A stretch of DNA of 64,000 nt from Monocercomonoides exilis PA203 (Eukaryota; Protista; Preaxostyla): NCBI GenBank assembly GCA_001643675.2, contig LSRY02000017.1, forward strand, positions 1-64,000, in the 5' to 3' direction. Within the stretch, counting starts at the first letter, position 1; each line of letters starts with the position of its first letter. This document shows, one piece after another, positions 1 through 11,100 of this stretch. Position numbers and translations under genes: made by a program. The notes below the pieces were generated by a model. It searched no databases. It had not been told where the DNA came from and saw only the letters and a list, made by a program, of their open reading frames with translations.

Positions 1-3000
1 CTTTCTTTCCCTTCTCCCCTTTCCAACTGCGATGCTTCTGTCCCTTTCTTCTTCCTCAGCCACTCCAAAATGAGATCATCATTCAGCTCCATCAGCATCT
101 GCTTCGCTGTCTTCTCCTTCTTCTTGTTGAATGCACTTTCTGGATCTTCGCCTTCTTCATCTTCATTTCTTGTCCTTCTTCCTCTCCATCCTCTCCTTTT
201 CCTCTTCTTCTTTTCTCCTCCTGCCCCTTCTTCCCCTTCCATCTCCTCTTCCTCTTCCTCCTCTCCTCCCAATTCATTGCTCATCGACGCAAATATCACT
301 GACTGATCTGTCACATCACAACACCCAAGCTCCATCAGACGCTGCACTTGCTGCTTCAGTGTCTGAATATGCACTTTCTCTCTTTCCCGCTTTTTTCTCT
401 TCTCTTCCTTCATTTGCTCTTCAATCTCTTTGCTCGTTTTGCTATCATTGCCTTCAGATGCTGCATTGTTGCTATTCCCCAAAGAAGAACTCGAAGAAGA
501 ATTGTTCGATTGCATTGACTCATGCAATGCCTTTGCCATATCCTTCAGATATTGCTCTTCCATTCTGTTTTCTTCCTCTTCTTTCTTCTCTGCTGCTTCC
601 TCACTCATTATGCGCTCCAGCGCCGTCTGCAGCGATATCACAATCATCTGCTTCGTGTTTGGATTGGCATATGGTGACGATAAATTGGAATTAGCAGAAG
701 AGTAAATTGGATTATTGCCTGCAAAAGACGAAGATTGCACATTCGATATCGATTGGAGTGTGCTGTTCAGATCTTCCTCAATCTTCCTCTTTTGCTGTTC
801 TCGTATCATCCGCTTTTCTGCTCTCTTCTTTCTCCTTTCTTCAATTGCTAACAGTCTTTCCGAAATGCCTGCTTCATCAAGTTGCTCACCATCTCCTTTC
901 CCTCTTTTTGCTGCCTCTTTTCTCTCTTCCTTTAAACGCTCTTCTTCTTCTTCTATGCCTTCTCCAGGTGTTGCTTTCTCTCCATGCACATCCAGCAGCA
1001 TTTGGTGTGTCAGCGACATTCCTGTCTCTCCCATCCGCAGCAGCTCTTTCAGCTCCACCGGCGAGAAATAGCGCGAAAGCGACGTCTGCGCCGAGACCAG
1101 CTCCTTCATCAGCCTCCCCTTCACAATCTGCCTCCGGAACATCTTCTCTTCGATCATCCCGCACTGCAGCAGGCGATACACAATCACATCCGAGCGCTGC
1201 CCAATCCGATCGACACGAGCAATCGCCTGCTCATCGATGGCTGGGTTCCACGAAGGGTCAAACATGATCACTCTGTCTGCCCCTGTCAGCGTCAGCCCAA
1301 CACCCCCGACGCGTGTGGAGAGCAGAAGCACCGCCGGCATGTTGGAGGCGTGTGCTGCGCGGGAAGAGGACGGAGAAGGAGACGGAGAAGGCGACTTTGA
1401 TGAGTAAGAGCTGTCAAAGCTTCGGGGTTTTTCTCGGCCGTGGAAGGCATTCAGCACACGATGCGGCAGTCGAACACCCGATCCGCCAATCTCATTCGCA
1501 ATATTCTCATTGAGATTCATCTCTTCTTCTGCTTTCTCCTTTTTCGAGGTGGTGTCTTGGAAGAACTGCACAATGTAGTTCCTTTCAGGAATCGGCGTCT
1601 GCCCTGTCATCAGAAACACTTGGATGTCAGGCTCAATCACAGGCTCAGCATCTTCATCCTCATCTTCACCTTCACCCTTATCCTCTCCCTTTTCCTTGCT
1701 GTTTGTTTTTTCAGAGCTTCCACTTTTTGAAGTTGAATTTGTTGGAGAAGCAGAAGTTGAAGTTGAAGAAGCATCTGCTTTTTTTGTTATTTTTTGTGTT
1801 TCATCATCATCATCTTTCGTTTCAGTTGTTTGATCTTCCTTTCCCAACTTCTCTTTCTCTTTCTCTTTCCTTCTTTGCTCCCATTCCTCTCTCTTTTTCG
1901 CTGCCTTCTCATGAGCCCTTGCGTTCTGCTCATGAATGGCCCACTGAAGCAATCCCAGCATTCGCGCAGACTCCGAAAAGACTATCACTGAATGCCTCTC
2001 CACAGACACTATCTGCCGAATTAGCGCCAGGCAAATACGCATCTTCGGCGCCACAAACAGCGCTTGGTCCAAACTCGGCTTCAGATCTGCCTCTTCTTCT
2101 GCATCTGCGTCTTGCGCGCCTTCTTTCTCTTCAAGTTCCACTTCTTCATTCAGCTCGATGCTGTCTTCTAACTCTGCTTCACCGTCTTTCCCACTTTCCA
2201 GCTGCAGCTTCCGCTTCCTCATCTTTTTCTTCTTCTCTTTCTTCTCTTTCTCCCTCTCTCTTTCTCTCAGTTCTCTCTCTCGCTCTCTCCCCACCAGCCA
2301 CGGGCTTGTCTTCCGCATGAGCCACGGGTGACAACATATCTTTTTGCAGATTGCGATGAAAGGCAGCACAAACTTCGTCTTTGCAAACGCAAGCTTCATC
2401 TCCTCAGAAGATAAGATGCCCTCATAAAGCTTCTTTTGTGCAGTGGAGGGAGGTATCCAGCAGGCCATTATGTCCACACGATACGTCGAATGCGACTGAT
2501 TTCTGAAGGAGCTGTGCTGTTCTTGAAACGGAGTGGGTGAGTTAGAAGGGCACAGAGAAAGAGAAGAAGAGACAGGAGAGGAAGACAATGGAGGAGAAGG
2601 AGAAGGCGTTGCAGATGGTGATGGATTGACTGAAGAACCACTTCCAGACAAATACGAGAGTGTGCCATTGAGATCACCTTCGTGTGTTTCCTGTGTGTCT
2701 TCGCTGCCTCCTCTTCCTCTCCCTTGCTTCGCGCTCCCGTAGCTCCTCCTCTGCCCGTCCGGGAGCACGCGGTACGTCTCTGCCACAACCTCATCTCCGA
2801 CCATGCGTTCTCCCTCTGTTTTCTCTCTCCGCAGGAAGTAGGGCATAACTGTCTCCCGAAGCACCAGGCTGGCCCGCTCTCCTTCCCGCTGGGCGTCTGT
2901 GTTGGCGTCTTTGAGCTGCCCTTTCTGGATCGGCTTCACAACATACTGCTCAAACTCGTTGTAGGAGCCCAGCAAGCCGTCGAAGGGGCACAGAAAGTGG

Positions 3001-4260
3001 AAAAGCGCCCAAAACTCCTTCAGGTTGTTCTGAATGGGCGTTCCTGTCATAATAAACCTGAAGTCTGCTGCAATCTTCCTGGCAGCGATGGCAGTCTTTG
3101 AAGACGAGTTCTTGATTTTGTGCCCTTCATCCACAATAACTGCATCAAACGTGCCTTTTCCCTCCAGCGCCTGCTGTAGTTGCTGGAGTGTTCCTTTGGA
3201 ACATCAAAAATAATAAAAAAAAACGCAGATATATATTAATTCGAATAATTAAAAATTGATATAACAAAACGGAAAGATTGCAAATGGATAATATGAAATA
3301 TCACAGAAACAGAAGGGATGATGAATGAAACAGGCAATGCAAAAAATTTCATACCATATGATGTTACTGCAATACCTCCTTTTGAAAAAATACGATCAAT
3401 AGTATCAGCTTTTTGTCTGTTCGATAAAGAATACAAAGCCTCACGTGGAACATTTGGCGCCCTGTTATAAATAATAAAAGAATAAAATGTGAATATAATT
3501 GACAAAAAATTTGAAAATTTCAAATTTACATACCAACGTGCAAGCTCATCAGCCCACTGGCTCATGAGAGTTGGGGGGAGTACAAGCAAAACTGCAAGAC
3601 ATTGTGGCTTTTTCCCTCTTGTTTTCCACTCAGCTTTTCCCCATTCTATTATTTCCTTTTTTCGTTCTTCGTGCCATTCAGAAAGAAAAGAACATATTTG
3701 GATAGTCTTTCCGAGTCCCATTTCATCAGCCAAAATGCCACCAGGACAGCAAGAGTTTTTTTGTTCATGAATAATTGAAAGAAGCCATCTTACTCCTTCA
3801 ACTTGATGTGGATGAAGGAGTAGATGGCTTTCTTTTTTTGATTGATTTGATTCAGGCAAGCTCTCGCGTTTGTCTGATGTATTGTCTTCGTAGATAGCTT
3901 CGTTGGTTGGATCTAATACTTCTTCATTTTGCTCTTTTTCTTGAACAGGCGTATTTTGAGATGCAACCTCTTCTGCATCATCATTTGTTTCAACTTGTTC
4001 AGCTTCAAGCAAGTGAATTTTTTGCTTTTAAAAATACAAAATTGTGATTTATAACATCGCATTAATTATTAAATTCAAACTGTTAATCGTTCTATTTTTA
4101 ATTGAAGCTTTGGATTTGCAGAATATATCGCAAGAGCCTTTTCAAGTAATGAAAGAGCAGTTTTTTGTTCATTTAAATCTTGAGATTTCTGAAGACTAAG
4201 TGCTTGAGTAATATATTTATTATATTTTAATTTTTCTTCTCTTGTCAGTTGTTCCACCAT
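1..4260 (-). CDS. ERCC6L: ERCC6L/PICH-like SNF2-family DNA translocase, 3'-partial (continues beyond the window start)
   Basis: Manual splicing: exons 4260-4081, 4024-3534, 3461-3355, 3193-<1 with GT-AG introns 4025-4080, 3462-3533, 3194-3354. Motifs: GGILADEMGLGKT (I), VIVDEGHKIKN (II), MTGTPIQNNLKEFWALFHF (III), [43 protein letters not shown] (V/VI, ~1200-1330, same frame as the start of the last exon). The N-terminal exon resembles the PICH N-terminal TPR. Confidence 0.85.
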
Positions 4261-5471
4261 TAATTATTTAAATGAACAAGAATCATGGTTTTTATGTTAT
4301 GGTCCAAGAATTTTCATTGCATATAAATGTGTATTATTATTGGAATCATTTGATATATAACAGATAATAGAAGCTTCAGTTGCTGAAATTGTTAAATGGC
4401 ACAGTATTTCTTTTTAATACTTTTAAGAATTCTGTATAAAAGAAATGATCTCATTTTCTTCATTTTTCAAGCTCATTTTATTTTGTTTTTTTCATTTTTT
4501 TTTCAGAAATTTATTTTATCATGAGAAAAATTGCAACGCATTGAAAAACGCTTTTGTCTGATCTTTGAGGTTTGTGAAAATAAAAAGTACTTTTCAATTA
4601 GTCTTATAAAAATAACCATGTTCACTCCAAATCGATCAACAGCGCAATAAGAAAATCAAAAAACGTTTTATAAACTGAATAGCAAAGAAAATAGTACACA
4701 TGAAGAAATTTGAAATTACTTTGTAAGTAATAACTATTTTGGAAACATTCGTCTAGAAAAAAATCTTTTTTTAAATTATGTAGAAGAAATGAATGCAATG
4801 AAAAGCGTGATTAAAAACAAGAAGAGAATTGATCAACGATCCAACTCTTAAAAGAAAGGAAAGAAAAAAAGTGTAAGTCAGAAAAAGAAGGAGAAGAAGA
4901 AAATTGAAAAAAAAAAAAAGAAAGAAAGAAAGAAAAGAAAACATACAAGTTGACTTGAAAGAATAGAAAATGTTAGAACAAAAGATTCTACATATGGGAA
5001 TAAGAGAAAAAGAGAAAAAGAGAGTTCAAAATATGACAAGGATAAAGAAGAAAAAGCACAGAGAAAAGCATAACAGAATAGATACACTAACTTGAACATC
5101 AAATGTGAACATTTAGAATGGTGCTGAAATATCCCCAAATAACATCCATGTGTACTATCGAGAGAATCAGAAAAAAAGTCATCTCCAATAGAAAGACTTT
5201 TGAATTCAAAGTTAAAAAGACAAAAAAATTAAAAAATATATTTGCAGACAAAAAAATCAACAAAAAGAATGAGTAAGACGAAGAATAAAAGAAATGTGCT
5301 ATAAACAGAATTCAGTTTTGAATAGTATATCCAACATTAATTGAATAGCAACAGGTGTGTAAAAAATAATACCCTCATAAAGCTCGCACTCAACATAATT
5401 AGCAACGTTGTAAGCTTTGCTTTATAATTTTCGCCTTTCTCAATGCCTTTGTTTAACTTTGTAAGTGAAAT

Positions 5472-7193
5472 TTATTCTTTGATCAGTGGCAACGTCTCAT
5501 CCGTCAAGGCTTGCTCCTCCACAACGTTCTTTCCTTCTTCTTTGTTCATTTCTTCCTTGCCTGGAGCTGCCTTCTTCTTCCCCTTCGGCAAAATAGGAAT
5601 CAGCAACAATGCTCCCAATGCACTGACAGGAAATAGACCTGTAAGCCACCCGCGTGCACCGTATTTGTCATAAAGAGCGCCCATGCAGACGCCTGTGAGT
5701 GCAGAGCCAATCTTTTGGATGCCATCTAATATGCCCACAGCTGTTGCAGTAGCTCTTGGCCCAGCCAGATCCATTGCACATGTTGAGGTGATGATACCAT
5801 GGACACACGAAAAACAGAACGATGTCAATGAAATACCCAAGCAAGCAACCCATCCAGCCTTCGCAAAATACGCAATAAGTATCATCCCCGTATACAAGAC
5901 AAGGGCAGCAAAAGCAACTGGAGGACGCCTTGATCCGCAACAGTAGTCAGAGACGACACCAGCTCCCAACGATCCAAACATTGAACCAATTGTTATGCCA
6001 GTTGAAGCCATCTGATACAGCACGGAGCTTTCTGATGCAAGCCAATCGGTCTTAAAGTACATCCCATAATTCTGAATAATACCGTCACGGCACCATCCAA
6101 CGCAAAAATCGACAACGCACAGCAAAAGAAAAGTTGGGTTGCAGAAAAGTCGCCTGAGCAATTCTTTCAAAGGCATTCCGTAATCCACTTTTTCTTCTTC
6201 TTCTTCCTCGTTTGTGCCAGCTTTATTCCCATTGCCTGCTGATAGATTATAAGAATCTCCATTTGCTGTATTAATGGAATCATCCTTAAAAGCAGACGCT
6301 GCTTCTGCTTCTCTTCTTTCGCGCCTTTCGTCTTTCCTTTTTTGCCTTTCAGCTGCTTCTGCAATAGACTCATCGTCAACTGGCGGCCATCCCGCATCTT
6401 CTGGAGTTGCTTTGACAAAAAATACGCAAAGTAAGGCAAAAAATGAAAGAATCACCCCAGGAACAAAAAAGACTGATGAAAGATGTGCTCCAGCCTTTAT
6501 CATTCCATTAACTTGAAGTGCCAAAAACAATCCAAAAGAAATGACAATTCCAAATATTCCACTGAATAAGCCTCTTTCCGTGAGATGATACCAATTGACT
6601 CCAACTTTGCAAATGGCTGTTGTGCAAAACGTTTGGAAGTAATCATTGAAAGAGAAGAAGAAAGTCAATGCTACAATATTTACAACTCCTTTTCCTTTCA
6701 TATAACTCAAATAAATTCCAGTTATAACATTTGCAACTCCAGATCCTGTTGCCCCAACAATAGATGCAGCTTGCCCTCCAATTCTGCAAATAAAAATTGA
6801 AATTGAAAAAATAAATGTTGATAAATAATAAATAACTGAAATATGAATTTTTAATCCACACTTATCCACAATAACTCCGTTGACTGTTACAAAAACAGCA
6901 TAAATTAAAGTTCTTATTGTTGTAACAATTCCAAATTGTGTTTTGGTCAAGCCTAACAGATCATGTGAATCTGGTGTATTTACCAGTGACATGTTGTATC
7001 TCCCGAAATATGTGCATGCGTACGTTAAACCAACGGTAATCCAGTTCGCAAAACGAATTAATATGAACTTATAAGGATATTTATTTGGTGGCTTTCTGTT
7101 GTGAGTCAAATCTAGAATGCAAGCACCGACCAATATTGCACAAACAACAACTGTAATAACAGATCCAAGCCAAGGAGCTTCTGCTTCAGCCAT
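5472..7193 (-). CDS. MFS transporter, organophosphate:Pi antiporter (GlpT/UhpC/SLC37-like) family
   Basis: Two hydrophobic helix bundles separated by a charged loop; RFANWITVGLTYACTYFGRYN in TM1, NWYHLTERG, SDYCCGSRRPP, MDLAGPRATATAVGILDG. Probable stop-free in-frame 78-nt intron 6784-6861 (GTGTGG...GCAG), whose removal restores DKIGG. Confidence 0.85.
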   Translation of the reverse strand: MAEAEAPWLGSVITVVVCAILVGACILDLTHNRKPPNKYPYKFILIRFANWITVGLTYACTYFGRYNMSLVNTPDSHDLLGLTKTQFGIVTTIRTLIYAVFVTVNGVIVDKCGLKIHISVIYYLSTFIFSISIFICRIGGQAASIVGATGSGVANVITGIYLSYMKGKGVVNIVALTFFFSFNDYFQTFCTTAICKVGVNWYHLTERGLFSGIFGIVISFGLFLALQVNGMIKAGAHLSSVFFVPGVILSFFALLCVFFVKATPEDAGWPPVDDESIAEAAERQKRKDERRERREAEAASAFKDDSINTANGDSYNLSAGNGNKAGTNEEEEEEKVDYGMPLKELLRRLFCNPTFLLLCVVDFCVGWCRDGIIQNYGMYFKTDWLASESSVLYQMASTGITIGSMFGSLGAGVVSDYCCGSRRPPVAFAALVLYTGMILIAYFAKAGWVACLGISLTSFCFSCVHGIITSTCAMDLAGPRATATAVGILDGIQKIGSALTGVCMGALYDKYGARGWLTGLFPVSALGALLLIPILPKGKKKAAPGKEEMNKEEGKNVVEEQALTDETLPLIKE

Positions 7194-8119
7194 ACTTAAA
7201 AGTCAATATTATGGTTATTTTTCTTTGCAATCCTTGATTTAGTAATTTTCTGGAAAAACATAAGATTTTGAAAAAGTTGCTTCCTTCTCCAAAAAGATAA
7301 TTTTATCCATGACCCATCATCTAATAATTATTTTGGTGCAATTACTCCGAAATGCGTCTAATGCTTGTATCTGAAAGGTTAGCATTTCTAACTTCGCGGT
7401 ACGTTTATTATTTTGCTTTGTAAAGATTTTATTTTTGGAATATAAATTTATATTTTGATTTACCGTGAAAAGCAAAATAAATACATTTTCCATAGATAAA
7501 AGATGCACGCGTTATAATTTTATTGATTAACATAGTTATAGTCGTTTATTATTTTGTTTGAAATACTACGCATCATCATAAAAATTTACAAACATGTTGA
7601 AATATTATGATTGTCACTTTATGAAAATATCAAAAGAAACAAGAAATTTAACACAAACAAAATTAAATGAAAAACCATTAACACGTTTTTGTTGGTTTGC
7701 GTTGCTTTATTGATTTTTGCACATTCTTACATTTTTCCTCCTACAAAATTTTCATAAAAAATGATTAATTTTTATTTATCGTTAAAAAGAAAGAAAGAGA
7801 AAGTAGAAAGCAATGTCTATCGATTCAAAATCTTTTTTTATAAAGTTTAGTTGCTTGTTGAGCTTTTCGTCCACAAGACATGGAGCATCAACAATTAATA
7901 ATTAAACTGTGAATTAAAGAGTTAAGATCAACATGAAAATGTGAATTACACGCAAGAAAAATGACAACTGAATGTGAACAAAAAAACAAAAGAATATGAG
8001 GAAATTGAAAAAGAAGTCTTCAATCAAATATATGTTTGCACTTGTCTTGCTTTAATCTTTCATTTCTGGACTTTTATCTAATAAATAGAGAATTTTTTCT
8101 CCAAGAAATTTTCGACAAT

Positions 8120-11100
8120 TCATCCATCTGTCAAAATTGACACGTCTTTTCCAGCTATTTTGTGCGTGTTACAAGAGTTCTCATGTTTGCTTTCCAAAGC
8201 TTCTAAACCAATGGCGTCTGATACAGTGACCATCATCACCCCAGCTGGAAAGTACCCAAACAACTCCCTCTTCACTTCCAGCAATCCAGGCCTCTCCTCG
8301 CTATTCTGTGACACACATGCTTTCACCCCTCTGCTTAACTCACATCCATTGATTTCTTCTGGCTGAGGTCTTTCTCCATTCGCAATTTTATTTCCAGCTA
8401 CCTCTGCCTCATACTCTCCAAATGGAATCTGGAGCGTCAGACACTCCCATGCCATCATTCCAATAGAAAACACAACAGACTTCCTTGTTGTCTCCATCTT
8501 CCTGTTCACCATCAGTTCTGGTGCCTTCCAACGTAAACACTCTTTCTTATTATTTGCATCATCCTCAAATGCAGATGAAGGCAGAGAGTATTCATCATCA
8601 TCCTCGCTTGCAGATGTCACAACTGTTGATGAAGAGATTGATGATGAGTCTGAACTGTCATCAGAAGATAAGTCAGAGTGCATCACGATGCAGATCACCA
8701 TGTGCTCTGAAAAAAGAACAATGTGTGGACTCAGATTGGCCAATGACTGGAGCTTGTTCTCCATCTCGTCAAATGAGTGCAGCGCCAGATTAGCCACCCA
8801 GAACAGGATTTGAGCAGCTGTTTGCTCTCTTTCTTTCAAGGAGCCAATCGGCATCTCCTTTGTCTTGTTCTTTCCATGAAGCAACATGAACAGCGAATCT
8901 CTCAAATCCACAATCAGCTTCTCATGAGGCGATGAGCATGCCATCGCATCCACCAGATTCGACATCGATGAGGTGGTTGGACACAGATTCTCCCCTCGAA
9001 CAAAAGTTGAATCTGAATCAGTTGTCGAAGTGGTGGAAGTGGATGAAATGGATGGTGAAGGAGATCTCTTTCTTGTCTCTTCCTCATCATCAACCTTCTC
9101 CAGCACCCATTCGGGGATCTTGTCTGAGTCTTTTCCCAAGATGTATTCAGTGGAACCACTCTCGGATAGAAGATGCTCTGATGACTCAGAGTGTCCCAAA
9201 CTTTTCTCATACACCCTCTTCTTAATTCTCTCTTCATTCTTCTTCTCTGCCTCCCTTTCTGCTCTCCTCCACTGCTCCTCTGGCGACATCTCCATCGTCA
9301 CCATCTCAAATGCCTTAGGATCCTTCCTCACTGTGTCTTCCACAATGATCTCCAATTCCTCTGTTCTTCTCTTTTGTTTTATCCATCGAACTGCCAAAAT
9401 AACAGACGCAATAAGCACGATCACGAGAATGATTGCCATGATGATCACAATGATCGGCCAAAATGATTTTTGTTCTCTTCCTCCTTCAACAATCCTTTCA
9501 TTTCCATTTTCCTTTGTTTCACTTGCATTCTTCAGAATAAATAAATTTGTTGAGGAAGGAGATTCTGTGTCGCCAAACAAAATATGCACACTCACTTCTA
9601 TTTCGTCTCCGCAATTGCTGAGGAGATCTTTTGCCACACTTCCTTCTGCTTCTTTCTCTGACAAAAACCCATTTGAATCAAAATCATAATGTTCAATCTC
9701 TTTCTCCTCTCCCTTCCTCTTCACAACTGAAAATGACAGATTGCATGGAACAAGAAGCATCCCTTTGAATATCAATTTTATTCGATCTGTCTCTTCTTTT
9801 GCTTCAACGCATTCCAGAACTGGAATGAAGAATGATGAAACCCTTTCTGAAGCAATTCCATCAAAGCTGCACCCTTCATTCAACATCCAGAGTGAAATGT
9901 TATCCTTCAATCCATCTCCTCCTTTCAAACTCATCACATTCAATACTCCTGAATCTGAACAGATGATATTCCTTCTCATTGATGGATATCCTTCAATTGA
10001 TGGATTGTTATTCAAAAACTCTCCTTTCTCAATATTCACATTTCCTCCATTCATTGTTATTCCACCTTTTGAAGAGTTTGTAATTTCTGTATCTTTCATC
10101 TGTGCTGTCGTTCCAGAGAATTCTACTGATGACCCATTCCACCAGCAAATGTTACAATCATGCTCTTTCGGAGTCAATTTGTTTACGCTTTTTGACTCAC
10201 TTTCGTATCCGTTAAATAAACACAAATTCATGAACAAATTTGTGCTTTCATCTACATTAACAAGAGTTCCCGTTTCAATTAGTGATTTACAATTCACAAT
10301 GGAACAGTTGATAAACTCAACTTTTTTGCTATTGTTCTTAACACAAAAGACGCTTGATTCAAGTGATTCGGTGGATATATTCATCAAACTAATATGAGAG
10401 AATGTGGAAAAAGTTCGAAGATTAACAGCAGAAACGAAAGGTTCTTTTTTAATCTGCACTCCGTTTCCTTCGATTTGGCTAATCTCGACTTGTTCTTCTT
10501 TGATGTCGTTAGAGCTTTCTTTTATGCTTTCTTTATCTTTTGATTCAGTTTTAATCTCTAAATTTCTTCTTTCTGAATCAAAATCTTCCTCTGTCTTGAT
10601 GATATGCCATCCAAATTGAAATGTCGAATAAGATATTTTCACTTTTGAAATTTCTAAATTTCGAATGTTCTTTGTTTCAAAGAATAAGCCATTACCTGAG
10701 CATTTATCAATTGTCAGTACTTGAACAATGGCATTTTCAATGTTATTTAGTTGAATCATGTTTCCTTCTGAATATTCGTTAAATGTTTCTACGTTGGAAA
10801 GAGATAAGTTTAATGTTTTTTGAATAATTATGAACGATTTATACAAATGAATCGCATTGGATAACACTCTTTCTATCCTAACTGTTGTTCCATTTCTCAC
10901 ATCAATGAAGCATTCTTTTGTTCTGATGTTAGATACAGAGCAATCACGTATGCTCATAGACCCTTGGATAACAACAACAAACGAGCAATTCAAGCTTCTC
11001 TCGTTCTTCATGTGCTCGTCGTTATCCTGACGAAAGCAAACCCCGTCAATGTTCAAATTTCCTCTATCCATCCAAAGAAGTCCAACATGCTCACTACTGA

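Noticed and set aside
70-3101. Many + strand ORFs rich in Leu/Ser/Phe
   Set aside because: They are antisense shadows of the purine-rich ERCC6L coding strand.
4618-5280. Possible small spliced + strand gene (ATG at 4618, GTAAGT donors)
   Set aside because: Every splice combination I tried hit early stops, and there is no recognisable homology.
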